From Macrostomum hystrix (taxonomy: Eukaryota; Animalia; Platyhelminthes): a stretch of DNA of 64,000 bases. The DNA is taken from NCBI GenBank assembly GCA_950097015.1, contig CATNEN010000030.1:2914001-2978000 (forward strand), given 5' to 3'. Positions 14,401 through 26,399 of this stretch are shown here, in pieces; the first letter of the stretch is position 1; the number at the start of each line of letters is the position of its first letter. Made by a program: the position numbers and the translations under genes. The notes beneath the pieces are model-generated. The model was not told where the DNA came from. It searched no databases and saw only the letters and a program-made list of their open reading frames with translations.

Positions 14401-15785
14401 CACAGGCGACTGCTGCTGCTGCTGCATAGATCTAGACATTTCGATCAGACTGCTGGAATTGATGGCTCCACTGCTGCTTGGCACCACAGCCGGCGATGAT
14501 AGGCTAGCAGTGGCGCAGCAGTATGTCTCCTTGGTAGTGCAGCGAAGGCTCGCCTGCTGCTGCTGCTGTTGCTGCGGTTCACCGGAGTCTGTGCGCTGCC
14601 TCTTCACCATCATCAATAGGCCGCCGTTCTCCTCCTCCGACGGCTTGTCCGAGCTGAGCGATCGCTTCAGAATGTGACTTTTGAGTATGGCCTTCACACC
14701 ACCGGGCGGCCTGTCGCAGTCCAGGCTAAGGGTGTGTCGAAATTGGCCGCCGTATGGTGGCGGCGACTCCAAGTCAACCGAGCTGCTCTTGCCCAGCAGT
14801 TCCAACTTTGGCGGCTTCCGCTTCTGCTGGCCGCCGCAGCCGCCGCCGCTAGCGCCCGCGCCGGCGCCTCCCATTGAGGCGTCGCTGCCGCCCCCCAAAT
14901 CGAGTGATTTGGACAAAACCAACGGCTTGATGGCCAGCGCAGACCGGGGCGCAATGAATGTAGGCTCACCTGGCGCTGAAGCACAAAGTCAAGATTAACA
15001 GTCAATATCGATCAGGTCAATATTTAACATTAAAAAAATAAAACAAAGCGCTAAACTGAATAGCAGTGCTCACCAACTGTAGTCTCAATCAGCTGCTGAC
15101 TGACGCCGCCGACACTGGCGTGTCGCAGCTCCTCCGGCAGGGGCAGACTTTGAATGCGCAGACTCTTCGAGTCCAGAGGCACCGATAGCAGCTTCTGCTG
15201 CTCTGTGGGACCCTGACCCTGCATTATCTGAATGGTGCGGTGTTGCTGCTGCTGCTTCTGAGGCTGCATATGCTGCTGGAGCTGCTGCTGCAGTTGCTGC
15301 TGCTGCTGTTCAGACAGCACCAGGCTCTGCTGGTTAGCCTGGCCAGCACCCTGACCCTGGTCACCGCTTGTCATGAGCAGTTGAAGGCCGCCGCTGCTGC
15401 TGCCGCCGCCGCCGCCGCCGCCGCCGACGATGCCGGCTCCGCCAGAACCCTGCTGGCGTCCGGCCATCTCCAAGATGGTCTGTGCCACCTGCATCTCCTG
15501 GCTGCTGCGGGCGCTGCCACCGCTTCCGTCGCCGCCTAATCCACAAAAGCTGGACGCTGTGGTTTTGTGGCGTCAGGTAATTTGAGTTAGCTCATGCACT
15601 AAAGCAAAGCCGAATTTTAAGATTTATTGTGAATTTCTAATGTCAAGCCCAAGTTTGATTGACTTTAAACTGTTTCCAAACCTAAAACAAAGTTGGAGAC
15701 AAAGTTATTTTTAATGAGAATAAACTCACAATCAGCTGGTTGAACAGGCAGTCCCATGCCGACTATACTTGGTTGCTGCTGCTGC

Positions 15786-15818
<33 letters not shown>

Positions 15819-17698
15819 AGGCTCACTGGCAAAGCAGATGACAGTGTAAGACCCTGGGTTTGCAGCTGGCCCGAGCCGGACACTAGCTGCTGCAAGATTG
15901 AGCTGTCAATCTTAACTGGCACCTGTACAGGATTGCCGCTGGCCTGGTTCAAGGTCAGTACGCCGACTGTCATTGATTGCTGCTGCTGCTGTGGCTGCTG
16001 CTGCTGCTGCAGACCAAGAGCTGAAAGAAAAATATTTGATGTCTGCTGCTGCTGCTGCTGCTGACGGCCAAGCAGGTTGAAGGTGGAGCCGAGTATGTTG
16101 GCCTGTGAATTTGCGGCAGAGGAGAATGGCTCCTGCTTGAATCCAGCCAGGCCTTGCAGCAGCTGCTGAGTTACGTCACTCTGCTGCTGCTGCAAGCTCT
16201 CGTACATGCTGACCGTTGTCACAGGCTTCGTGGTAGTTGTTAGACTAATAGTTGAGCTGGGCGGCTGCTGCTGTTGAAAGGCCGATGAGCTCAACAACTT
16301 AGCCCCGTTGTCAAGGTCAAACTGGGGCACAGCGCCACCACCTGGCAAGCTGAAGCTTGGATTCAGCGTCAGATTGATGCTGGGCGGAGGCTCAGACTCA
16401 AGCTTGACGCCCTGCGAGACGGAGGCGCCATCGTTGCCGCCAGACCCGCTGGCGGTGTTGCCGCAAGCATTCGTTAGTAGCTTGAGTATCTCGGCTAGCT
16501 GATTCAACTGCTCCCTGGAGAGATTCAAACCAGTTGACTGCTGCTGCTGGGCCTGCTGTTGTTGCTGCTGTTGCTGCTGTTGTTGCATCTGCTGCTCCAG
16601 CTGGTGCTGCTGCAGTTGCTGTTGCAGCTGAAGCTGCTGCTGCAGAAGCATCTGAGCCTGAGCCTGCTGCTGATTGCGTAAATTGAATTGAAACCCGGCC
16701 GTGGACACCTCCGAAGTCAGCGAGCCGGCAGCCAGTCCGACGCCGTCTAAAAACAGCTGATGGTGTTGCTGCTGCTGCTGATGCTGCAAGTCAAAGCTGT
16801 GCTGTCTGGTGACGCCGCTTTCAAAGGAGGCCATGCGGGAGCCGGCCGACTCGAAGCCGGACTCAAAGGACGCCTGTTGATTGGCCCGACCTAGCCTGGC
16901 TAGTTCGCTGGCCGCCTGCTGGCGCTCTGCCTCCGCCATCATCTCCTCCTCCTCTTCTTCCTCTTCTCTCGCACTGGCAGACAGGTCGGCATTGTGCGAA
17001 TCGTCCACCGTCCTGTCCTCGCTGTCCTCCGCATCCTCCAGGCTAGAGTTTTGCAGGCCAGCCAGCTGATCGCCCATCCCAACGCTGTCTGGATTGCGCA
17101 TGCGGTGCATCTTGGACTTTAGGTGCTTGTACAGGTTGCTCTTGGTCTTGAAGGACAGGTTACAGGAGTCGCAGGGATAAGGCCGCTCGTTAGTATGCGT
17201 CCGGATGTGCTTTTCTAGCACGCTGGGCTTCGAACACTTGACGCCGCACAGTTTGCATTTGTACTTGCCGTCCTTGTGCGGATATTTTCTTGGCCGACCC
17301 TTGGTCGATGGCGGACTATAAGGATAGCCGGCGGGCTTGCCGACGCCCAGCTTGTCTTCCGTCGCCTCTTTGACGGGGCTGCGGGCAATGCTGATGTGCG
17401 CCGCTATCGCCGATACGGAATTCGGCAGAGCTACGACTGGCGTGGCTTTGCTGGAACTAGAATTCGTGCTCGCTACTGTTAGTAGCGTATCAGCACTTTG
17501 GCCAGCATTATTTGCGCTAGTGGAAGCGACGTCAGTTCTATTTAAAGAACTAGCCACATCTGAGGTGCTACGCCCGTATCTGGAATCCTGAATAAGCGAA
17601 GGTCGCGAGGATGGCCACCGAAGCACCTGCTCGCTTCCATCCTCATTTATTTCTATCCTCACAGTCTTCTTCAACGGTCTCGGCGCATTCGAAGACAT
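11494..17698 (-). CDS. shn: Schnurri/HIVEP-family C2H2 zinc-finger transcription factor (BMP/Smad cofactor); exons 17698-15730, 15556-15074, 14975-14074, 13284-12741, 12509-11494; about 1637 aa
   Basis: N-terminal pair [48 protein letters not shown] and central pair [29 protein letters not shown]...[16 protein letters not shown] are diagnostic HIVEP/Shn fingers. C-terminal fingers [21 protein letters not shown] and [29 protein letters not shown] resemble the invertebrate Shn C-terminal cluster. All four introns are GT-AG with matching phases (1,1,0,1); summed length 4914 nt is divisible by 3. The start ATG (17698) and the exon-2 acceptor are the least certain points. Confidence 0.9.
13378..13622. 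repeat. 25-bp tandem repeat (ATAATAAGATCTTTGTACCCAAAGC), about 9 copies, in shn intron 3
   Basis: Direct reading; explains the spurious N-terminal extension of ORF 12733..13839. Confidence 0.92.
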
Positions 17699-20162
17699 TG
17701 TTATTATTACGCTCAATTCAGTTGGCTTCGTATTGGCTTTAGGATTGCTGAGCTGGGCTTACGGCCTACGTGAGCCTACAAATTTGTGGATTTCCGATGG
17801 ATTAGAGGTCTAGTACTTTGCATTTGTCAAACTATGCAGTAAAACGCTTGTCGATCAAAAATAATTTCCGTCAGACTAGTCGGTCAGTTTGAAATAGACA
17901 CATACCGTACATAAAACTGGAGTTTAACATACTCATAGCATCCTAATTCTTTTTTCTCTTCATAGCTACTGATACACCCATTCTTGAAACTCACACTGCT
18001 AATGAAACGCATTTATTTTCCATCACACTGAGCCTATGTCTATTCAGCACTAAGCACACCGTTTGCTTACCCTGCTTTCGAAGAATTTCACGTCGATCGT
18101 TTCAAACCGATTTATTTAAAGTGAGTTGAACTTTCTGGTCAGTATTTATTAGCCGGTGCTAAATGTATAGCAGTATGCAACGGGGTCCGGTTGAGAACAG
18201 GCGAACACTTCGGGGGTACTGCCGAGTGCTGGCAAATTTAAGTGACGATTCAGCGAGCAAACGTGCGGAGAACCCTTTTTTACCCAGTCAGAATTTAGAG
18301 AGATTCGCGGGCGGACTAGTTCACTTTGGCTTGTACATAGGGGGTAGAGAGGAGAGGGCAGTGGAAAACCCTGTATTTAGCTCTGCATTGATCAGGGCCA
18401 GCCAGGGTTACTAAGCAACGAGGCGGCGCGAGATAGCCTGCCAGCCTGCTTCTCTCACCCAGTCTACCCCAGGAGTATTGATTTATGCGACAAAAGGAAA
18501 TTAAAAGCCCGAGGCACAGGGAGCGGGGGCTGCCCCCAATGAGGGCTCCCTGGGCTGCCTTCAAACCAGGATTCACCCCGCCGCGCCAAGAGAGGCCTCC
18601 CTGAACAAGTTCTTCCCCCCAAGTCGATAAGGGAAATGTACATGCATGCTTGTCTCACACTAGTGAAAACTTGCGTACACTGTCTCCTCACTGTACACTC
18701 AATTCTGGAACTATCTATGCTCGTATGTACGTTCTGATAGGGATAGGGTGTTTTCTCTGCCTAACAAACCTAGCCAAGTTCTGCTTTGCCTGTCCCTTGA
18801 CCGATAGGCAGAGAGGAAAGCCCAAAAAAACGCGGTTAATATTATTGTAATGCACAATCCAAGCGGCCTAACCCAACCACCTCCTTTTTTACAGTCTCGG
18901 CTCGCGCAAAACAGCCAAGTGCCAGTTTTAGGTTGGGGCACAGGCCACATGGCAAACGCGGGACCAACCTGAGGGGGGCGCACAACGGGCATTTGCAATT
19001 TCTAATTTTGTACACACAAGGCAGGCGTGGTCAAATTAGCTTGCCCTCGTTCTTGAAGTGAGCCTCATTCAATTGTGAGCCAATTGTGGGCCACTTAGCT
19101 AACTCTCTTTGCGAGTCTTATGCCATATTTTTGATCTGTGCACGTACAAGTAATAAGCTTTACACGGACAGTCCGTTCGCATTTATTCAAATGGTACAGG
19201 TGCGCCATTTGCGTGCTCACTACACAGTTGCGAATGTACGTGTCTTTATTGCACAGCTTACAATTACAAACAACTTTAACTATACGACCCTAAGTCAGTC
19301 AGTGCGCCACGGCTGTGCAATGGAAAGACTGCAGACAAGTCCACATGCTATAGTTTCTGTATCATGACTTCTGTATCATGACTGTATCATAAATTACTTT
19401 ATTAAATAAACTTAATTTAAATCTTTTAACTTTCACCTGGCTGTCGCAAAACAGAAATAAAATTTGGTAAAGTCTAAACGATACAGTACCAACCAGCAAC
19501 AGTCCGACAAAAATCAAACTTACCTTCTTGAGAAAGAACGTCCGTTCAATATTAGGCTCCTGTAATCAATTTTCACGAAATCAATAAGAAAATCGTACGG
19601 GATTACGTACGGGAGTAGCCATGTGGAGACTAATTATACATGGACAACTTATTTAGTAATTTGAAAGTCCAGATTGTTTGCTTAACTTGTATGATGAGGA
19701 TATTTTGTCTATGGCACAGCTGGATTTCCGTTCCTTATTTAGTCGTTAAGGTCTAAAAGCATTGCACTTTAAAAAGATTGTACGATGCACTTTTAAAAAG
19801 TTTATCCAATTCTAAATATGCGTTCTATCAATAACATAGCCACATTTACTTGTTAAGTTGTTTGGCTTCTAGTTTGTTTTAGAAATATCCTATACTTAGC
19901 TATTTAATAGAAATCCATTACCTCCGACATCGGTGCATATCTATTAAATTCAGTAACGGCAGCTGCATTGCTGACTAATATTTATTAATGTCACTGACAA
20001 TGACCACCACACTTCTGAGCACTGGAGGCCGTAGCACTTGCTTTCGGTAATAAAATAACGAATCTACCGAAGTCTCAAACTTCGTGTACTTTCCAGACGC
20101 AATAACGCACGAATTCGCAGTATTTTTTATAAAATGCACACTAGCTTCATGCAAGCACGAAC

Positions 20163-20800
20163 TGTCTTGATACAGACAACACCTGCTAGATACAGAACCA
20201 CCTGTTAGATACAGACAACACCTGCTAGATACAGAACCACCTGTTAGATACAGACAACACCTGCTAGATACAGAACCACCTGTTAGATACAGACAACACC
20301 TGCTAGGTACAGAACCACCTGTTAGATCCAGACAACACCTGCTAGATACAGACAACACCTGCTAGATACAGACAACACCTGCTAGGTACAGAACCACCTG
20401 TTAGATCCAGACAACACCTGCTAGATACAGACAACACCTGCTAGGTACAGACAACACCTGCTAGATACAGAACCACCTGTTAGATACAGACAACACCTGC
20501 TAGATACAGAACCACCTGTTAGATACAGACAACACCTGCTAGATACAGAACCACCTGTTAGATACAGACAACACCTGCTAGATACAGAACCACCTGTTAG
20601 ATACAGACAACACCTGCTAGATACAGAACCACCTGTTAGATACAGACAACACCTGCTAGATACAGAACCACCTGTTAGATACAGACAACACCTGCTAGAT
20701 GCAGGCACCACCTGTCTGTATCTAGATACAGAGCCACTTGTTAGATACTGACAACACCTGTTAGACACAGACACCACCTGCTAGATACAGAACCACCTAT
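20163..20800. repeat. 39-bp dimeric minisatellite (20+19 bp subunits: GATACAGACAACACCTGCTA / GATACAGAACCACCTGTTA)
   Basis: Direct reading of alternating subunits. Confidence 0.9.
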
Positions 20801-20841
20801 ATATACAGACAGTCTAGTCGCGGACTCCATTACACAATATC

Positions 20842-21160
20842 TCCCTAATTCAGTCTCCCTAATGCAGTCTCCCTAATTCAGTATCCCTAATGCAGTCTCC
20901 CTAATGCAATCTCCCTAATGCAGTATCCCTAATGCAGTCTCCCTATTGCAGTCTCCCTAATTCAGTATCCCTAATGCAGTCTCCCTAATGCAATCTCCCT
21001 AATGCAGTATCCCTAATGCAGTCTCCCTAATGCAGTCTCCCTGGTGCAGTCTCCCTGGTGCAGTCTCCCTAATGCAGTCTCCCTAATGCAGTCTCCCTAT
21101 TGCAGTCTCCCTAATGCAGTATCCCTAATACAGTCTCCCTAATGCAATCTCCCTAATGCA
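20842..21160. repeat. 14-bp minisatellite (GTCTCCCTAATGCA)
   Basis: Direct reading. Confidence 0.9.
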
Positions 21161-22690
21161 TTTTTAGTATTACAGTCTCGAAATAAAGCAGATCAAACAG
21201 GCAGCCCTTAAACAAGACCAACTTTTGTGCGATTCTGCAAAACAAATTCGGTTCTGTTTACACAAGTTCGCACACATTTTATAGTACTGTGATGTGAACG
21301 CGCTGTTAATGTAAATTACGAGCTAAATTAGGGAAACAATGTAACTTCTACGAGAATATCATGCAGATTGATTTAAGCAATTTAGTCTACAAAAATAAAA
21401 CCACGAAAGTAGAGAAAGCTTCATGAAATCCTCATGAAATCCCGTTAATTTAGCGTTCCGGCAAGGTAAGACTCGTAGCTCGTAATTTGAACAAATTTCA
21501 TTGATTTGATGTGTCTCTAAATTGCCGCACAAAGTCAATTAAAAATTAGTTTTCTAATTTTTTTGCGCATCGCGTCGTCAATTAAATCCTGTTGAAGAAC
21601 TTTATGAAAATCCAGTGTGTTTTTTTTTAATTCATCCACTTTGCTTAATTACATTTACCTATCAAGTACCTGGCGACTGAACTGGGGCTTAGGATGAGCT
21701 CGGTAGAGAAGTGTACAGTAGAACAGTCGCGGACATTGACAGACAGCGAGGTTGTCGGCAATCATTTGAGGAACAAAATCATTGCAAGCTTTGACGTTTC
21801 CCCGTCTCGACTGCATGCTCAGGCTGCGTGGGGTGGCAATTCTGAGCACTACTATTTCCCATTTACCTGGCCTAGCGAATGAAATGCGTCAAAAGTGCGC
21901 CTTACTGCACTGACTGCTGTCTCATCCGCCGCTGGGACAAAGCCGGATGGATGATAATTGCTGGTCTCCTTCCCATAGCAGGAAAAATCTGTTACTTAAA
22001 TTGCAACAGTTACAATGGCAGGCTGCCGAGAGTCTGTGACGTCATCGGAATGTGGGCCGACCCCATTTTAGACTCGCGCGAGACATGCAGCTTGGCAATT
22101 CCTACTTAGCTTGCAGCAGATGTCACTGAAATTTGAGCTACTAAAATTAGATGAGGCGAAAAAAATCAACTCGGATACATTCAGTGCGAATCGAAATCTG
22201 TTCTTGTGTGTATACCGTGTCAACTCTTGATTAGAAATGTCTAATATCAGGTGTAATATCAGGTGTACAATGAAATAGTAAAACTATATTACATGGAAAC
22301 ACAAATGAAAGCGTCAGCCAAAAGATCTCATAAAACGGATTTAAAACGAGTATTTTAAAGTAAGTCGTTCGAAATAGAAAACTTTTAAATTAAACTTGTG
22401 ACACTTTTTAAATTCGTGCGAAAAAAGTATGACTAGACATTAAAATAGATTGCAAAACTTCAAATTGCTTTCTGTAGAAAAGGACACTAACGGGAGTGAA
22501 ACATCACATACCTTGAAAAACCTTTGACGTTGATCAAATTTTTAAGCGGAAAACAGCCCCGCATTTCACATTTTTAATCCTAGGCCAGTCACAAATCAAA
22601 ATTTGACAAATCCTTAGCCATTCTGAAGGATTCTTAAGAAGGGAGTAAAACTAACACAATGAGCTAAGACAACATTGTTGAACAATAACC

Positions 22691-22904
22691 AGCTAGCTCA
22701 GCGGTTAGAGCCTTGGACTCCTGCCGGAGTTCGAATCTCAGCCCCTGGGGAAGTATCATGTGTACTTGAGCAGGACATTCTCAATCGCTTCATATTATCA
22801 TCTGTGAAATGACTGTTGGTATTAGCTGAGGTGGAATAGGTCTTTGTCCTGGCCCTGGACTGTGTCGGACATTATGGACATTAGGAGCACTAACACTGAA
22901 TGTT

Positions 22905-22941
<37 letters not shown>

Positions 22942-22945
22942 TAAC
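22691..22945 (+). mobile_element. tRNA-derived SINE, family 2 (CORE-like), ending in (AAT)n
   Basis: A-box-like TAGCTCAGCGG, B-box-like GAGTTCGAATC, CORE-like TGTGTACTTGAGCAGGACA...TCATCTGTGAAATG, then an (AAT)n run at 22908-22945. Confidence 0.6.
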
Positions 22946-23237
22946 TGATTACACCTGCCCCAATCAGGCCACATGTGCAGCAGACAGCACTGCCGCAGCT
23001 ATTGCGCGGCGCTTCTGAAGGTTGCGCACAGCTGTTCAGTCCATGGACTGGGGAGACGCCACACCCCCTTAACTAACTAACCCAGCTAATGCTGGTACCC
23101 ATTTAACAGCTGGGTGAACTGAAGCAATGCAGAGTTAAGTGCCCTGCTAACGGACACAAATTGTTCCAGTGGAATATGGAATCGAACCTCCGACCTTCAA
23201 GTCGCCAGTCGAACGCTCTAAACACCTGGATACAACC
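22908..23237 (-). mobile_element. tRNA-derived CORE-SINE, family 1, near full length
   Basis: Element strand has B box GGTTCGATTCC, CORE-like CACTTAACTCTGCATTGCTTCAGTTCACCCAGCTGTTAAATGGG and an (ATT)n tail; colinear with copies at 33.7, 42.0 and 49.3 kb. Confidence 0.85.
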
Positions 23238-23395
23238 CATTTGTTGGGATTTCTAAAGTGAGTGCAGAATGGGGGATGTCTTGTACAGTGCGAGTGCATG
23301 GCGAATGTACGCCAGACAGCGGGACAGCAGCGCATGGCGGTCCACTTCTAAGCTATTTTTAGCATTTTCAGCGAGCCAATCAGCTAGCAGCTATG

Positions 23396-23450
23396 CTGCC
23401 ACTGCCGCAGCCACTGCTGCTGCTGCTGCTGTTAGAGAGAGAGAGAGAGT
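23396..23450. repeat. Compound microsatellite, (GCT)n followed by (GA)n
   Basis: Direct reading. Confidence 0.8.
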
Positions 23451-24094
23451 AAAGGGTGGAACAGACAAAATGATTAGCGCAGTGCGCAGAGTGGCTTTTG
23501 TTAGCTGCGAACCGACGTCTCCTTGCCCGCCAACCCTTAGGGTTTCTCTCTCTCTGGCATTCTCACGTGATGACTGCCATGAGGTAGAATTGAGAGCAGA
23601 TAGAGCCACAGAGAGGGGGTGGTTTTCGTGCATTAACGAGCAGTTTCTAAATTTTGCCGCGTACATCCAATTGAAAAAATAAGTGCAGAATTACGCAGAG
23701 ACTGCATGGTCAGATTGACAAACTGAAAGAAGCACAGACCGACAGGGGATTGGAAAGGCCGGCGACAGAGTCACAGGAGTTAACAGTCCCCCCACCTTCC
23801 TCCGCAGGCACCACTGGCCGAGTTAGCCAGGCTTCTGATAGGCCTCGAACCAGAGACGGCCAGAGCAGCGCAGAGATCTAATAATGTCCAGCATGGCACT
23901 CGCCAATGTCTTCTCAGTGTACACCAGGCCGTGCTTGGCGCACAGCGATCTCACGTACGGCTGCACGAGCGGGAACGAGTGGCGCGGCATTGTTGGAAAT
24001 AGGCTGCAATGAAATAACCAGTTAATCTATATGGGCACAGATGTGGCCTAAATTTATTCACGCAGCAGCCTGCCGTTCGTGGCTATAGTTGGGC

Positions 24095-24650
24095 CCGATG
24101 GAATTGGCCAGTTGGGACCTCGTGGATTCCCCTAGCCTCGGCTGTAGGTTGGGGGCCCGATGGAATTGGCCAGTTGGGACCTCGTGGATTCCCCTAGCCT
24201 CGGCTGTAGGTTGGGGGCCCGATGGAATTGGCCAGTTGGGACCTCGTGGATTCCCCTAGCCTCGGCTGTAGGTTGGGGGCCCGATGGAATTGGCCAGTTG
24301 GGACCTCGTGGATTCCCCTAGCCTCGGCTGTAGGTTGGGGGCCCGATGGAATTGGCCAGTTGGGACCTCGTGGATTCCCCTAGCCTCGGCTGTAGGTTGG
24401 GGGCCCGATGGAATTGGCCAGTTGGGACCTCGTGGATTCCCCTAGCCTCGGCTGTAGGTTGGGGGCCCGATGGAATTGGCCAGTTGGGACCTCGTGGATT
24501 CCCCTAGCCTCGGCTGTAGGTTGGGGGCCCGATGGAATTGGCCAGTTGGGACCTCGTGGATTCCCCTAGCCTCAGCTGTAGGTTGGGGACCCGATGGAAT
24601 TTGGCCAGTTGGGACCTCGTGGATTCCCCTAGCCTCGGCTGTAGGTTGGG
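24095..24650. repeat. 59-bp tandem repeat, about 9.5 near-identical copies, in desaturase intron 5
   Basis: Direct reading (unit includes GGGCCCGATGGAATTGGCCAGTTGGGACCTCGTGGATTCCCCTAGCCTCGGCTGTAGG). Confidence 0.95.
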
Positions 24651-25304
24651 GGGTTGTGGCCTACTCACTGGTGCTCAATCTGGTAGTTGAGATGCCCGGT
24701 GAACCAGTCGTTGAAGCGGCCACCTTTGGCATTGCGAGTTGACAGCACCTGCAGGGTGAACCAGTCCCTCCGCTGGTCGCGATCGATGTCCATTGGGAGG
24801 TGGCTCATCTGGGTACATGCCACGAACCAGTGCGACTCCAGGTATCTGCGGGTGGTTGACCGGGATTATTGACAGGTTAAATACTCAGCAACTCAGCAGC
24901 GATTGAACAAGGAGAAGCTCCCCTGTGTTATCAGGTGAGAGAATATCCTGTCTGACAGATGGACAAATACGCAGCAGGATTTTCGATGGGATCTTAAAAC
25001 TCAGGAAATTCGAAACCGGTGCAGGGGGGACTTTTTAGCGAGAGAACACTGCTTTCTAGACCTGGTCACGATCTGTTATTTTTATCTGAACCATTGTGAA
25101 AAGGGAAAAGCCTTTAAAAGTTTGATTTCTGATGCCAAAAATAGCTTTTATCATCACGAGTCCGGCTGAAAAAGAAGATAATTTTACTTATCTCTCTACT
25201 ACTATGAGTAGTGCACACCGCATTCATAATCAAGACATCTTAGCAAGTTGGACTTGAATTTTCACGTAGACTGGAGATCAATAAGCATGATGATCTGGGA
25301 GAGT

Positions 25305-25912
25305 GAGGATCAGCATGATGATCTGGGAGAGTGAGGATCAGCACGATGATCTGGGAGAGTGAGGCTCAGCACGATGATCTGGGAGAGTGAGGCTCAGCAC
25401 GATGATCTGGGAGAGTGAGGATCAGCATGATGATCTGGGAGAGTGAGGCTCAGCACGATGATCTGGGAGAGTGAGGCTCAGCATGAGGATCTGGGAGAGT
25501 GAGGATCAGCACGATGATCTGGGAGAGTGAGGATCAGCATGATGATCTGGGAGAGTGAGGATCAGCATGATGATCTGGGAGAGTGAGGATCAGCATGATG
25601 ATCTGGGAGAGTGAGGCTCAGCACGATGATCTGGGAGAGTGAGGCTCAGCACGATGATCTGGGAGAGTGAGGCTCAGCATGAGGATCTGGGAGAGTGAGG
25701 ATCAGCACGATGATCTGGGAGAGTGAGGCTCAGCATGAGGATCTGGGAGAGTGAGGATCAGCACGATGATCTGGGAGAGTGAGGATCAGCATGAGGATCT
25801 GGGAGAGTGAGGCTCAGCATGATGATCTGGGAGAGTGAGGATCAGCATGAGGATCTGGGAGAGTGAGGATCAGCATGAGGATCTGGGAGAGTGAGGATCA
25901 GCATGAGGATGT
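25305..25912. repeat. 28-bp minisatellite (CATGATGATCTGGGAGAGTGAGGATCAG), about 22 copies, in desaturase intron 4
   Basis: Direct reading. Confidence 0.93.
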
Positions 25913-26399
25913 AGGAGAGTTGAGTCTGTGCATTCAAGTACAGATAGAGTAGGTGATTAACTTGTTGTAGCATGCTAAACTTCCAAATTAAATTGACCTC
26001 TACACTAACCTGATGAACATGTAGGAGCCAAAAGTAATCCACCAGCTTGAGAAGAAGTGAGTAAACAGGTAGAGAAATTTGACAAAGAACGACAGTGACC
26101 AAATGAGGTCACGCCAATCGCTTCGCTTCAGAATAAAGTACAAATTCTCTTAGTGAAAATACACGGGCAGCAGCATTGGCGGACCTAGCAGCCAGGAGTA
26201 GCCGTGCTGCCAATTGTATGGCATGAAGCCGCGCTTTCAACTGGCAGCTTGTCGCCGAGAATGAAGATGCATGGCAGGCTGATGTCCGGGTCAGTGCCGG
26301 CCACGTTTGGCTTCGAATGGTGAAGAAAATGCCTGCGGACAGAGGGGATTGTTGCAGGTTCTTGGAAAATAGGCTCAAATAGTGTTCCAAAAAGCTGTT

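Noticed and set aside
11594-17591. Antisense and alternative-frame ORFs overlapping shn, ApoL and cul-2 exons
   Set aside because: Expected shadows of GC-rich, CAG/GCN-biased coding sequence; no recognisable domains.
18160-19400. GC-richer patches upstream of shn with short ORFs
   Set aside because: No recognisable domain, terminal repeat or second copy in the window; cannot be classified without a repeat-library search.
22691-23237. Possible tRNA genes at 22.7, 23.2, 33.8 and 49.5 kb
   Set aside because: A and B boxes are present, but no complete cloverleaf or acceptor stem; each continues into a SINE body.
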